Below, in pieces: positions 35,501 to 46,033 of a stretch of DNA of 64,000 bases; position 1 is the first letter of the stretch; every line of letters starts with the position of its first letter. The stretch spans positions 1-64,000 of IMG/VR virus record IMGVR_UViG_3300037472_000016. One strand, written 5' to 3'. Position numbers and translations under genes: made by a program. The notes under the pieces are model-generated. The model searched no databases. It was not told the DNA's origin and worked only from the letters and a program-made list of their open reading frames with translations. This stretch comes from a virus.

Positions 35501-38500
35501 TTTTGGCTAGTTCAGAAATTCCTCAAACGCTGGGAATCTCTCAAGAAGAGTTTTCGCAAACATTTTCAGGGCTTCCCGAGGCCGCTAAGGCTGCACTATT
35601 TAGGCTAAGAAAAGATATTGATGGTTTTGTAGAGGAATTCCGTAGACAGACTGCGACAGAACTAGATCGTGCATCACAATCAAACTCTCCATCACAAAGA
35701 TTTATAAGGTCTGCGGCAAACAATATAGTCGATGGTGTTGAGGTTGGTATTCAGCAAGGCCGCGACGATATGGTTACCGCTGGTCAGGGCCTAGCAGATG
35801 CAACAGAATCTGGCGTAAAACGCAGCCATAGAAGAGCCTCTTCTGCTGGCGGTAGCCCCGGACAAATGTTTGCCCCCCAATCACAACAAATAGTAACAGC
35901 AAATCCAAGAACTAATAGAAGGGCCTCCGCTCCAACGCAAACTATTGGTTCATCAGTAATACCACCAGCACACTTTGAAAAGATAATAGCTGGTAACCAG
36001 GCAGCGGCAGACAGTCAACAAAAGGCTTCTGTAGCTCAAGCAGCAGCAAGCCAAAACTTCTCAAGCAAGGTTATGGGGCTGAGCTTTGGAATCACTGGAC
36101 TTGCCGGGGTAATGTCAATATTCGGTGGAGAAATGGCCCAAGTCTCTAGTGTAATCTTCCAGGTAAGCGGTGCATTGACAGGACTGATGTTTGCGTTCCA
36201 GGCTCTTCCAGCAACAATGACTAAAGGAATAACAGAGCTATTTGACAATAGAGCAGCGGCTTTTACACAGGCAAGAAACTCTACCCAGGTAGTTCCAGTA
36301 GGTGGTGGGGGAGGTGTTGGTGCTAAGGGGGGCGTAGCGGCGGGGGCAGCAAAAGCTGGAGGAGCACTGGCAAGCCTGGGCAGAGGAGTCATGGCTTTTC
36401 TTGGAGGCCCATTTGGTCTAGCTATTACTGCCTTCCTTTTGCTAGCGGGATTTGCAATTCCAGCCCTTATAGATGCATACCAGGAACAGAAAAAACGTCT
36501 TAGAGGTCTTTCTGACGTTGCAGATGTTGCATCTGACAGAGTAAAAAAGTTTGCAGAAGCTTTGGGGCAAGAAATAAAAATATCTCCACTTGGTGGAGAA
36601 CAGGGTATATCCTTTAGTGGTGCAAACCTAAATCCAGAAGAAAGAAAGTCAGTAGGCTCTGTGGTAGAGTCTTACGGTGGAGCAGAGAAATTTCAAGAAG
36701 ATTTTAAAGATGATATTGATAGAATAAATGAGGCTGGCAGCAGAGGAAAAGAAGAGCTTAATCGAGTATTTACAGAAAAAGCATCTAGTTTAGCAATGGC
36801 TGGTATTGACGAAGCCGGAATTCAATCGCTACTGGATGCACTATTTCAATTTTCAAATATTGAATTTACTTTTGACGTAAAGGGAGCAGGAATTTTTGAC
36901 GAAAAAGGTAACTTTGATCTAGATGCATTTAAGGCCCGTGCAAAAGAAGCAGCAAGGGCTTACACTGATTCATATGATGCAGAAGTTGCTAATTATAGTC
37001 CAAACGAAACAATTGACCAGCAGGCTGTTTTGAATAGTGCGGGATACTCCTCTGTTGGTGACCTTGAAAAAGCAGTAGAAGGTCAAAAAGTGGCTGTGGG
37101 AATTGCTGAAGAGAATGCATTGTCCAAAGGACTAAAGCCAGAGCAGGACTCAGACTTTATAGCTCAAATGTCAGAGCTAAGACAGTTAGAGGGATATCTA
37201 CAAGAATTTAAGTTTATTGCTTCAGAACCTTTAGAAATTTTAAAAATTGAAACAATATCAAACGCCGCTGACCAGATTAATGGTCTGAACACATTGCTTT
37301 CAGAAGGAAAAATTTCTGCAATAGAGTTTTCTGACGGAATAGGGGTTGTAGCTGAGGGTATCCTTGAAATGGATGATGGTGCAAAAGCTCTTCAAGACTT
37401 ACTAAAAGAGCTTGGAGTTAAAGACTTCGAGCTAATAAAAGACCCAGAAGCACAAATAGCGGCATTGCAGGGTGCTACGGCAGGGCTTGATTTAACAAAG
37501 TTTTCTGGACTTTCATCAGAAGATGAGCAAGTAAGGGCACAAGCAATTAACGAAGTTGCTCAAGCAATTAGAAATACGGTTTCGGCAAGGGAGCAAGAAG
37601 CTATAGTTAATCAGCAGATTGCTGAAATGACTGCTGCAAATACAGAACTTGAATCAATGGCTAGCGACATTGAGCAAGAAGCTAATGCTTATGCCTACCT
37701 AACTGCAAATGGAATATCTGCCGCCGACGCGATAGACCTTATTGCTAACGCAAATATTAGAGCAGCCGCTGCTGCGGCATTTGCTGGTGCAGAAACCACT
37801 GGATTTATTGAAAACATAAATGCAATGTTAACAGCAAAAGCAAATAGTCCGGTAACCGTTGCAAGGAGATCAATTGGTTCAGGTGGTCGAGGAGGCGGTG
37901 GCAAAAGCGGTCCAGAAGCTTCCGGCCTAGACAAAATACTAGAAGACATGGCCAGAGTAGTTTCTGTTCAGACTACAATGACAAAGGGGTTTGCTGCATC
38001 GAGAACCGCCCTAGACAGAATGTTCGGCGGTAGCAACTCTTCTGGACTCTTCGGTGGCCTTGAACAACAGATGCGTGCCCTTGGTGGAGGAGAAGACCTT
38101 ATTAAGCTGATTGCTGGAATGCCTCCAGAAGAGTTTAATAAGAGGAAGAAAGAACTCTTTACTTTTGACGGTGCCGGAAATATTTCATCGTTCAGAGACA
38201 GCCTTGTTTCCATTGGAGAAGCACTCAGAAAGATTGCACTTGGAGAGTTCCAGAGCAAGCAGCAGGCCACTGTTAAGTCTTTCAACGATCAAATGGTTGC
38301 TGTCAACAGGCTCGTTGGTGCAGGTGCAAGCTATGCAGATGCATACGAAATTGCTGGAGATGCAGCACTGGCAGCAGCAATCGCCAACGAAACAAACTCA
38401 GCAGCTATTAGGCAGCTTGTCAGAGATACTAAGGCGGCAGAGAAAGCCACAAAGGATTTTGCAGCAGCCCAAAGCGTCGCGGCATCCAACAACTCATTTG

Positions 38501-40152
38501 TTGACCAACAGAAGCTTCTAACAAAACTACAGCAAAACAGTCTAGGACTAAGCAATGCCCAAATCCAAGCAGTGCTTGACGACACAGACCTTCAAAGACT
38601 ATTCATGGACCCATCTATTGATGCAAAGACATTGCAAGACGCTCTTAACAGCGTTGCGTCTAGAGCAGCACTAGAACTAGAAATAAAGAAGCTAACTGTC
38701 GATGGTCTTGAGTCAATCTTTGATGAAGGCTTTAGCAAAGCTATGGAGGCTTTCGACGCACAAGAAAAAAAGATTGAGCTTGAGTTTGACGTAAAGACAA
38801 AGCCTTTCGAAGATGCCATTAGGGATGCGGAAGAGCAAATTTCAGATATCACCAACGGTGTTGGTGGAATAGACGACCTTGAGGCAGACCTCGAAAGAAT
38901 ATCTGAGCAAGAAGAAGAAATTAATAAGAAGTATGATGAAAGAGCCAAGGCGCTCTCTCTCGTTAAAGACCTTAACGCACAAATGTCTCAGCAGCAAAAG
39001 ACACAGCTTACTCTGGCAGATGCCCTTTCCCAAGGAGATATCGCTGGTGCCGCCAGGGCAGCGCAAGAGATGCGTGCTCAGCAACAAGCAAAATCTCTAG
39101 AGCTTCAAGAAAAGGCGCTAGACAAGGCAAGAGAGCTAGAGCTTGGTGCAATTGTCGGCAACATGGGCCAGACGAGAGAGCAAATAGAACAAAGAATTAA
39201 GGAACTAAAAGCACAAATTCGTGAAATAGAAGAGGCAACTCTTGAGCCAGCCCGACGCAGGGTAGAGCTTCTAGACAGAGAAGAGCAGAAGCTTCTTGCG
39301 TCTGTGACGGTGCTGGGTAGAACCAAGCTTGAGTGGGAAACCATCAAGAATAAGATTGATATTGCCAAGACTGGCAGCGATAAATATACCGAAGCCATTG
39401 GTGCCGCCCTAGGAGTTGTTACAGATATTGTTGAGTATTGGGATGAGCTTGACGGCAAAGAGGTAAATACCGTTCACGTTGTGACGACTACATATAAGAC
39501 AGTGGGGACTCCCCCATCGCCCACCGTTCCATCAGCACCATCTGGTGGAGGCAGCGGCAGCGACAGCGGCATTGTTGGCAAGACCGCAGCAGAGTTGGCA
39601 GAAGAGCAAAGGGCTTCTGCTTCGGCACAAGCCAGAGCACGAGTGCAAAGAGGATTAAACGATAGAGCAATACGTGGAATAATATCTGCAAGGCTTGCTA
39701 GCAAGGCGGGTGCAACGACAGGAGGAGAAAGCGCAAGGTCATCGAGAATAGCAACATATCTATCAAGAATTACAAAAGCTCAGGCAGATCAAATATTGCT
39801 GAACAACGCGAAGGGTGGCGGTGCGCTGTACTACAACTCTGGAGGCCTTGTCTCTTCTAGGGTTGGCTCTCCCAGACTGGGTATTGGAAAAATTCCATCT
39901 ATGGGCACAGACTCTGTATCTACAATGCTTACCCCAGGAGAATTTGTAGTGTCTAAGTACGGTGTACAAAAAACTGGCATTAAAAACATGGAAGCAATAA
40001 ACAATGGAACATACGGTGGTGAATCAGTGTATAATTATGGTATCAACATAAACGTTAGGTCAGAGTCAGACCCTAATCAGATTGCCCGCACGGTAATGGG
40101 TACAATCAAGAGTGTTGATGCTCAAAGAATTAGGGGTAATAGACTTGGCTAG
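32596..40152 (+). CDS. Tape measure protein
   Basis: 2518 aa, Ala-rich helical, TP901-type core, TM segments, two DT..AMLTPGE-type motifs. Confidence 0.93.
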   Translation: MADIQSNIDINVSTGTALANIRSLQREISAFHTSMARGGAAANVQSAQMQQNLLNTVNATGKFRASIQNISTTTETFTNALEKNKLSMAESFRFAGAASGKFGQRFSTEMSTIDKVARERVKSVQTQFIKLGRDANGSLRGIAVRPLALDMDNLATRTAIAAQKQQLFNKLVNQGSTNLLNFGKNTQWTGRQLMVGFTIPLGIFGATASKVFMDLEKQAIAFKKVYGDLFTIESEKNKALKDVEDIAKSMTTYGVAIKDTMGLAAEAAAAGFQDAQLMAQTEQATRLGILGQIDSQKALETTIALQSAFQISTEDLADSINFLNAVENQTVLSLDDVTTAIPKVAPVIQQLGGDVKDLAFFLSAMKEGGINASEGANALKSGLASMINPTKQSSEMLAQMGIDINGIVNSNQGDLKQTVVGFAEALDTLDPLNRAKAIEQLFGKFQFARISALFSNVIRDGSQASRVLDLAGTSLEELSSLADSELGIVADATSTKFMAAMENIKFAIAPIGEEFLKLVTPILTFGTEVLTAFNSLDAGMRQFVIGTIGVLGGIAPIAIMVFGLLANGVATSIKAFMFLRNLFLKTGGSSQILGQQTEYMTQQQLEAAAVAASLGQTHSQLTQIFTAEAGAVTALAAAYNSATAAQRAFSGPVMGSTLGRGPKVPGFNKGKMAGYNKGIVMVPGSGNKDTEPAMLTPGEAVIPADMAKKYGSLINAMISGNIPGFRTGRPGESGQIQVPSSQTNFRMPLGEGFELSHFSSAINLTGTELIEHARLMGATNNHISRINEMIARAGGDLEQTFRVLDSSVELLSTELNQGIGAIGSGKTVPRSLVERDLVERGDVARSPLMKYMAIDGVAPDKALANARLITEKVQEQLDLVGDRLVFTAEQIHDITKKAYDAVLLDPSVSETAKTEISNARQRMSSGLVVVDETTTERGSRGNRINATPKTYKSLSTSIRKRADVPSNSFLASSEIPQTLGISQEEFSQTFSGLPEAAKAALFRLRKDIDGFVEEFRRQTATELDRASQSNSPSQRFIRSAANNIVDGVEVGIQQGRDDMVTAGQGLADATESGVKRSHRRASSAGGSPGQMFAPQSQQIVTANPRTNRRASAPTQTIGSSVIPPAHFEKIIAGNQAAADSQQKASVAQAAASQNFSSKVMGLSFGITGLAGVMSIFGGEMAQVSSVIFQVSGALTGLMFAFQALPATMTKGITELFDNRAAAFTQARNSTQVVPVGGGGGVGAKGGVAAGAAKAGGALASLGRGVMAFLGGPFGLAITAFLLLAGFAIPALIDAYQEQKKRLRGLSDVADVASDRVKKFAEALGQEIKISPLGGEQGISFSGANLNPEERKSVGSVVESYGGAEKFQEDFKDDIDRINEAGSRGKEELNRVFTEKASSLAMAGIDEAGIQSLLDALFQFSNIEFTFDVKGAGIFDEKGNFDLDAFKARAKEAARAYTDSYDAEVANYSPNETIDQQAVLNSAGYSSVGDLEKAVEGQKVAVGIAEENALSKGLKPEQDSDFIAQMSELRQLEGYLQEFKFIASEPLEILKIETISNAADQINGLNTLLSEGKISAIEFSDGIGVVAEGILEMDDGAKALQDLLKELGVKDFELIKDPEAQIAALQGATAGLDLTKFSGLSSEDEQVRAQAINEVAQAIRNTVSAREQEAIVNQQIAEMTAANTELESMASDIEQEANAYAYLTANGISAADAIDLIANANIRAAAAAAFAGAETTGFIENINAMLTAKANSPVTVARRSIGSGGRGGGGKSGPEASGLDKILEDMARVVSVQTTMTKGFAASRTALDRMFGGSNSSGLFGGLEQQMRALGGGEDLIKLIAGMPPEEFNKRKKELFTFDGAGNISSFRDSLVSIGEALRKIALGEFQSKQQATVKSFNDQMVAVNRLVGAGASYADAYEIAGDAALAAAIANETNSAAIRQLVRDTKAAEKATKDFAAAQSVAASNNSFVDQQKLLTKLQQNSLGLSNAQIQAVLDDTDLQRLFMDPSIDAKTLQDALNSVASRAALELEIKKLTVDGLESIFDEGFSKAMEAFDAQEKKIELEFDVKTKPFEDAIRDAEEQISDITNGVGGIDDLEADLERISEQEEEINKKYDERAKALSLVKDLNAQMSQQQKTQLTLADALSQGDIAGAARAAQEMRAQQQAKSLELQEKALDKARELELGAIVGNMGQTREQIEQRIKELKAQIREIEEATLEPARRRVELLDREEQKLLASVTVLGRTKLEWETIKNKIDIAKTGSDKYTEAIGAALGVVTDIVEYWDELDGKEVNTVHVVTTTYKTVGTPPSPTVPSAPSGGGSGSDSGIVGKTAAELAEEQRASASAQARARVQRGLNDRAIRGIISARLASKAGATTGGESARSSRIATYLSRITKAQADQILLNNAKGGGALYYNSGGLVSSRVGSPRLGIGKIPSMGTDSVSTMLTPGEFVVSKYGVQKTGIKNMEAINNGTYGGESVYNYGININVRSESDPNQIARTVMGTIKSVDAQRIRGNRLG

Positions 40153-40837
40153 CATAGAGTATGTCAACGGCAGGAAGAGGTATGCCAGGCCACAAGCAAT
40201 GTTATTCTCCAATAACCCAGGCACCACAGCCGTAGACTCCGACACAAACTCTCCTACATCTGGTCAGGTCTTTCACGTTCCTCTTGGCTCTGAAATAAAT
40301 GCCGCCGCCCAAACAAACGACGGTAACGAGTTCATGATTCTATCTGACGATAACCGTGGAGCCATAGACATTGCATCAGAAAGAATAGAGCGCAGAGAAA
40401 GAATGATTAATGGCAGGATGCGCTCGTACCATATTGCTGACAAGATTGCTATATCAACCTCTTGGGATATGCTCCCCTCTAGATCGTTTGCTACCGTTCC
40501 AGGACTAAACTCCACAGGCAAGTCAAGCCTTCCCCAAGACTTTAAGTATACGACTGATGGTGGCGCTGGTGGCGCTGAACTTGTTGAGTGGTACGAGAAC
40601 TACACAGGCTCATTCTACTTGTTTCTGGCATACGATAAATTCACGGTATTTGAAAAGGCAGAGGGTGACCCATCGACAGAAGAATACGAAGAAACAAACA
40701 ATAGAAGATACAACAGCATGAACAAGTACAACCAGGTCATTGAGGTAATGTTCTCAGACTTCTCACACTCTGTCGTAAAAAGAGGAGCGGGAACGCATGA
40801 CTTCTGGAATGTGTCTTTGTCTTTGGAAGAGGTCTAG
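40145..40837 (+). CDS. Distal tail protein (putative)
   Basis: Follows the tape measure gene; R..NG.MR...K....SW and W.VSLSLEEV; likely TTG start at 40145. Confidence 0.6.
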   Translation: MASIEYVNGRKRYARPQAMLFSNNPGTTAVDSDTNSPTSGQVFHVPLGSEINAAAQTNDGNEFMILSDDNRGAIDIASERIERRERMINGRMRSYHIADKIAISTSWDMLPSRSFATVPGLNSTGKSSLPQDFKYTTDGGAGGAELVEWYENYTGSFYLFLAYDKFTVFEKAEGDPSTEEYEETNNRRYNSMNKYNQVIEVMFSDFSHSVVKRGAGTHDFWNVSLSLEEV

Positions 40838-40839
40838 AA

Positions 40840-43800
40840 TTGTTTCAAGACGAACAGTTAAACGAATACCTAAAAACATCTTCTTCTATTAACTCAAAGG
40901 CTTTGATTTTGGCCGAGTGGAATCTAAACTTTGCAGACAACATAGAGACTGTTGGAAATTATCGCTTTAGGCCCAATGCCGAAACTGGTTCTCGTGATGC
41001 ACTATTTTCAAATATTCAGGGGTACTTTGATAGGAACGATGCTCGAAACCTAGAAGAAGGAGTCCAGTTTTACACAGGAGCAACAGACGCAGACATAACC
41101 GTTGACGGTGGATTTGTTGATGGCCAAACCCTCATTCCCCAAGCCTTTACATCTAAAAAAGAAAAAGAGAAGCAGTTATACTCTCTGGAGGAATGCTTTG
41201 GAAGATTTAGACCACGCTCAGGTATAAACAAGGCAAGGTTCTTTAATCAAAAGTTTTTGCAGTTTGACAGTAAGGATGTTTTTTCTAGGCCACGGTACTA
41301 CATGGGGCACAGAGACGACAAGTTTAAGTACTGGTCTTCTTACAGAACAGAGTCTAACATTGAAAGAGGAATTTCTCGATTGCTCAACGGAGCAAACGTG
41401 ATTGATGATACCGCTCCTTTCGTGGTGTACAAAGCAGAAGTTCCTGCAAACAGGATTGTAGTAAAGATGCAAACAGGAGTGGGGGACATAGACCTTGGCC
41501 CATTCCAAACATCGTATTCCACAAGCTCAGACCCCTTTTTTGGTTATGAGAATCAGGCGACACCCGTTTCTTGGAAGATTCAATATCTTAAAAACGATAG
41601 CTGGATAGATGCAATCGAGTTTGACCCAGTATCCACTAGGGTCAATGGAGATAGGGTCATTGGGATTGATGGACACGTTGAGGTGTCTTATGGATTAGTT
41701 ATACCGCTGGAGCATCGTCAAACAATGTCTCTTGTTGGAGAGTATTCCAGTGAGGCCATTCTTCCTGTTGTTGCCGAAACAAACGAGGCATACCTTGTGG
41801 GTGCTTCTAGCACTGCCGCAGGTAGGGTTTTTGTTTGGACTGGAAGCTCTTACGATTCTTTTCCAGCAATCTACGGATGGTTCTTAAGGGAAGAAACAGA
41901 TGCCAGCCTTGTGGGGGTAGCCTCAGAGCTTGTTAATCCTAAGTTCTTTGTCGCTGATGGACAGACTATATACAGAGAAGTATCAAAGATTTCCGGTATA
42001 AGAATTGTAGTTCAAACAATGAACACCCTAGACTCAACCTTAGAGCTTATTGAGATATCTCCCAGGTTAGTTGTCAACATGACAGACAGAACTTCTGCAT
42101 TCAACGTTACCAAGAGTGCATCAGACCTTGGAATCAGCGGTATGCCGGTAGGACAGTTGCTTGCATCTGTTGGCTCAATCTCTATCTTTGACTACGACTC
42201 TGCATTCAATGAAAACAACGTGGGCAGCATTATATCCTCATTTTCATCTAAAAATATGAAGGTGAAGTTCTTCGAAGATATCGTTGATGGTTCTGGGCAA
42301 AGATATTTAATTCCCATAAAGACTCTTTATGCAGAGGGCTTTCCCACTACATCAGTTCAAGACAGATCAGTCTCTGTGCCACTAAGAGACCTATTCTTCC
42401 TGCTAGAGTCTATGGAAGCGCCAGAGCTATTTTTGCAAAATGTTTCTATGACCTATGCAGTTTCAATTTTGCTAGACTCTATTGGGTTTTCTAACTATAC
42501 CTTTAAGAGAATTGACGATGAAAGCGATGCGATTATCCCTTTCTTCTTTGTTCAGCCAGGAAAAACGGTAGCGCAAGTTCTTCAAGACATTGCAGTTTCT
42601 ACACAGACAGCCATGTTCTTTGATGAGTACAATAATTTTGTTATGATGACAAAGAACTTCATCATGCCAGCAGAGGGAGAGCGCCCAGTAGACCTAGTTC
42701 TTCGTGGCTCCAAGGACTTTTCCGTTAGCGGAGTAGAAAAAAACAAAACTGTGCCAGGCAAGCAGCTTGCAAACATTCAGTCGATAAGCTCTATGCAGAA
42801 TGATGTATACAATGATGGAACCATTAGATATTATGCACGGCATATTCAAAGATCATACGGCTCCTTAAAGCAGAGTATGCTTATTGATAAAGACAAGTCT
42901 TGGAGCTATAAGCCAGTTCTGCTTTGGGAGGTTAGCCCTACTCCAAAGGTCAAGTCCCAGGGAGACGATGCTGGAGATCAGTCATCCTATGTGTTGTCTG
43001 CAATTCCCCTTAACTCAGACCTTAGCGAAGAAGTTCCTACAGTTGTTGGCGGAGAAGTTATAAACAATATCATTGAGTTTGGCGAGGGCATTTATTGGTT
43101 GTCTCGTTACAACGGATACTTTTACTCCAATGGAGAAGTCATCAAGTACGATGCCGCTGAATATAGCGTGGCAGGAATTGGAGATGTTTGGGTTTCTAGC
43201 GCACAGGATTACCACAAGCTCTTTTCTCAGGTTCCATTTAACGGAAAGATGTATCCTACAGGCACGCTTAGAATATTTTCAGAACCAAGCTACGAACTTA
43301 TCGACGGCATCAGGGTAGCGAAAGACGGTCCAGTTGCTAAGCATGGAAGGGGTCAGTTTGACACCAAGGTTGTTGGGCACAGGGCAGGGCTAGACCCTTA
43401 TTGGTCTAGTAACGAATCTGTTGCTGGATGTAAAATGCAATCAAGTATTCTGTTTTCAAAAACTAAAGAGTTCTTCGTTGATGCCAGAAGTGATGTTTCT
43501 ACTGGACTACCACCCATAACACAATTTATTAGGGTCTCTGACATAACAGGATTAAAGATTGGTCTTTTGGTAGAAGTTGTTAGTGGTCCAGGAAGGCTTT
43601 CTCCAGGCTCAAAAATTACTGGAATAAACGAGGCACAAAAAACCTTCGTTGTGGATAAGCCCATTCTTGTGCCCTTTGCATCAGTGCCCGGCTCTCCTGA
43701 ACTTGCAACAACAAGGCTTAGAATGTCTGAGCTTGTAGACGTTGAGTCTTTAACGGTTGACACTGCTTCCGAGGTTTCGGTTGCTGGCTCCGCACCGGAA

Positions 43801-45471
43801 TTTGCTAGGTCCACTACCAGAAACGGTATAATTAAAAATTTTTTGTCTGCATCAAACATAACAGAGACACAGGCAAACTCTTTTTATTCCACACAGTCTG
43901 GAACAATTCAGTCTTCCGCCCTTGTTATGCAAGGTTCTCCACTTGGCGTTGACGAAAACCCCATAGACTTTATTTCGTATGTTCACAAGCCACTAAACGA
44001 AAAGTTTACTCACTTTGGTACTAGGATGAGAATTGTCGGAAAAGTTTCTAGCTCACAGGACAGGCAGTCTCCAGTAGGGAGTATGCCGTACTACTCTGTA
44101 GAGAGTGCGCTGTCAGAAGAAAGCGTTTCCATATCTGGTGGTTCGGGAGGAATTGCCGTACTGCTAAACCCATTGACAAACAATGGATACTACTTAGAGA
44201 TTATATCTCTTACAGAGACTGATGTTTCAAGGTATGGAGAAGGAGCAGAGCTATATAGCATAGTGTTTTACAAGTTAATGAGAGAAAGAAGAGTCGCTAG
44301 TGGCGGTCAGACCGCTGTCTCACCTGAAACTCCAGCAATTCCAATAAAGCTTTGGGGTGGTGTCCTTCCTGTTGTGGTAGACGACGGACTGTTTGCTGGT
44401 CAAGCGAGGGTCTTCGGTGAAGAAAGCCCTAGCGTATATGACTTGTCTGTTGAGTATGTGGACTCTGGAGGAACAAGAAACTTTTATCTATACGTAAACA
44501 ACAAACTGGTAAAAGTTGTTCAAGACACAGAGCCTCTTCCTGTATACAACAATATGGGGCTGTTTGTTCGTGGAACTTCAAGGATTATGTTTGAAAACAT
44601 ATTTGCCCTGTCCAACAACGTTTCTCAAAACTCTGTAGCAACTCTTGATACTGCAATTGGCTCGGTATTTGCTAATCAGGAAATAACAGTTAACGACTCA
44701 TTAAGAAAATACGCCATGAGCGGAATGGTTCAGAGTACATATCTTTCGGGAGTCGGTAACTCAGAGCCACCGAAGTACTCCATATACTTTGAAGAGTTTG
44801 GCACAATCATGAGAGAGGCTGCATACTTCAACGTAAAGTATGACAGAGCCTATCCAGCGCTATACGCTCAAATTTCCCCAACCTTTAATAACATGAAGGG
44901 GTACACAATTTCTGGTTTTATTGCCGGGGCATACGGAGCGGAGTTCTTAATCTTTAATAATACAGATACCGCACTAAACCTTGATGAAACAACAGGAAAC
45001 TATCTAAGAATTCAGGGTGTTGCGTTTACTCAGCAGACCCAGTATGACTTGACAGTAGATGAATATTTTGGGGTAAAAAGCAATATGTCTACTGCGCTAT
45101 TTCAAAAAGATAATACAATTGAGGGAGCCAATAGAGCAAAAGAAGACATAATTGGTATTAGACAAAACAGGATATCTTATGGAAGAAAAGAATTCTCTAT
45201 TGACCCTATATATATACAATCAGAAGATGCTGCAAACGAGCTTATGGATTGGATGATATCCAAAACAATGAGCAAGAAAAAGTCAGTAGGCTTGCAGTTG
45301 TTCGGAACACCCACCCTGCAATTGGGAGACATTGTGTCTATTGATTACAAGGATTCTGCGGGGGTAGACGAAGTGGCCATTGATTCTGAAACCTTTACTG
45401 TGTACAGTATTGAATACTCTAGAGATGCCTCTGGACCATCAACGTTGGTGTATTTGAGCGAGGTTGCATAG
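40840..45471 (+). CDS. Tail tip hub / central fibre protein
   Basis: 1543 aa; MFFDEYN, YIQSED.A, G.P.LQLGDIV motifs. Confidence 0.7.
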   Translation: MFQDEQLNEYLKTSSSINSKALILAEWNLNFADNIETVGNYRFRPNAETGSRDALFSNIQGYFDRNDARNLEEGVQFYTGATDADITVDGGFVDGQTLIPQAFTSKKEKEKQLYSLEECFGRFRPRSGINKARFFNQKFLQFDSKDVFSRPRYYMGHRDDKFKYWSSYRTESNIERGISRLLNGANVIDDTAPFVVYKAEVPANRIVVKMQTGVGDIDLGPFQTSYSTSSDPFFGYENQATPVSWKIQYLKNDSWIDAIEFDPVSTRVNGDRVIGIDGHVEVSYGLVIPLEHRQTMSLVGEYSSEAILPVVAETNEAYLVGASSTAAGRVFVWTGSSYDSFPAIYGWFLREETDASLVGVASELVNPKFFVADGQTIYREVSKISGIRIVVQTMNTLDSTLELIEISPRLVVNMTDRTSAFNVTKSASDLGISGMPVGQLLASVGSISIFDYDSAFNENNVGSIISSFSSKNMKVKFFEDIVDGSGQRYLIPIKTLYAEGFPTTSVQDRSVSVPLRDLFFLLESMEAPELFLQNVSMTYAVSILLDSIGFSNYTFKRIDDESDAIIPFFFVQPGKTVAQVLQDIAVSTQTAMFFDEYNNFVMMTKNFIMPAEGERPVDLVLRGSKDFSVSGVEKNKTVPGKQLANIQSISSMQNDVYNDGTIRYYARHIQRSYGSLKQSMLIDKDKSWSYKPVLLWEVSPTPKVKSQGDDAGDQSSYVLSAIPLNSDLSEEVPTVVGGEVINNIIEFGEGIYWLSRYNGYFYSNGEVIKYDAAEYSVAGIGDVWVSSAQDYHKLFSQVPFNGKMYPTGTLRIFSEPSYELIDGIRVAKDGPVAKHGRGQFDTKVVGHRAGLDPYWSSNESVAGCKMQSSILFSKTKEFFVDARSDVSTGLPPITQFIRVSDITGLKIGLLVEVVSGPGRLSPGSKITGINEAQKTFVVDKPILVPFASVPGSPELATTRLRMSELVDVESLTVDTASEVSVAGSAPEFARSTTRNGIIKNFLSASNITETQANSFYSTQSGTIQSSALVMQGSPLGVDENPIDFISYVHKPLNEKFTHFGTRMRIVGKVSSSQDRQSPVGSMPYYSVESALSEESVSISGGSGGIAVLLNPLTNNGYYLEIISLTETDVSRYGEGAELYSIVFYKLMRERRVASGGQTAVSPETPAIPIKLWGGVLPVVVDDGLFAGQARVFGEESPSVYDLSVEYVDSGGTRNFYLYVNNKLVKVVQDTEPLPVYNNMGLFVRGTSRIMFENIFALSNNVSQNSVATLDTAIGSVFANQEITVNDSLRKYAMSGMVQSTYLSGVGNSEPPKYSIYFEEFGTIMREAAYFNVKYDRAYPALYAQISPTFNNMKGYTISGFIAGAYGAEFLIFNNTDTALNLDETTGNYLRIQGVAFTQQTQYDLTVDEYFGVKSNMSTALFQKDNTIEGANRAKEDIIGIRQNRISYGRKEFSIDPIYIQSEDAANELMDWMISKTMSKKKSVGLQLFGTPTLQLGDIVSIDYKDSAGVDEVAIDSETFTVYSIEYSRDASGPSTLVYLSEVA

Positions 45472-46025
45472 TGGTTAAGCCAAACAAAAAGAGGTCACGC
45501 CGATCATCACCCGGAATTGAGGGTACCGTTACAACAATGCCAGTAAGTCCGGTTCCTCCCTATATGCCAACCTCAATGCCCACGTTTACTATCGATACTC
45601 CAGTAAAAGTAGCGACTCCAGAGTTAGTCATAACAGGAGAGGCACCCATGACTGTTGAAGAAATGACAGACCTGGTGTTTGAAAAAATAGGCGGTCACGA
45701 AATTATTAATCTTCTAAGGCTTGAAAATGTGAACGGAATCAATGCGTCATATCAGCCAATAAGAAACGTTGCACAGCTTGCAGCAGAGTATGGCCCCATT
45801 ACAATATTGCCACTACCTCGATCAACTAATTTTTACTTTAATGGTTTTGCTATTGATCTTTTGGCAAGGGTGCCTCAAAAGGGATTGGGTTCCAACATAT
45901 ACATAGATGCAAGTCAGGTAGGACCCTCAAGCTTAATCATCGAGGTAGCGAATATGCTGCCAGAAGAACGAGTAGAGGTAGAAATAATAAAGACCAAAGA
46001 TGCGTTTAATGATACAATTGTGTAG
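45471..46025 (+). CDS. Minor tail protein
   Basis: Position; TAGTG coupling. Confidence 0.55.
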   Translation: MVKPNKKRSRRSSPGIEGTVTTMPVSPVPPYMPTSMPTFTIDTPVKVATPELVITGEAPMTVEEMTDLVFEKIGGHEIINLLRLENVNGINASYQPIRNVAQLAAEYGPITILPLPRSTNFYFNGFAIDLLARVPQKGLGSNIYIDASQVGPSSLIIEVANMLPEERVEVEIIKTKDAFNDTIV

Positions 46026-46033
46026 GTGAAAAA

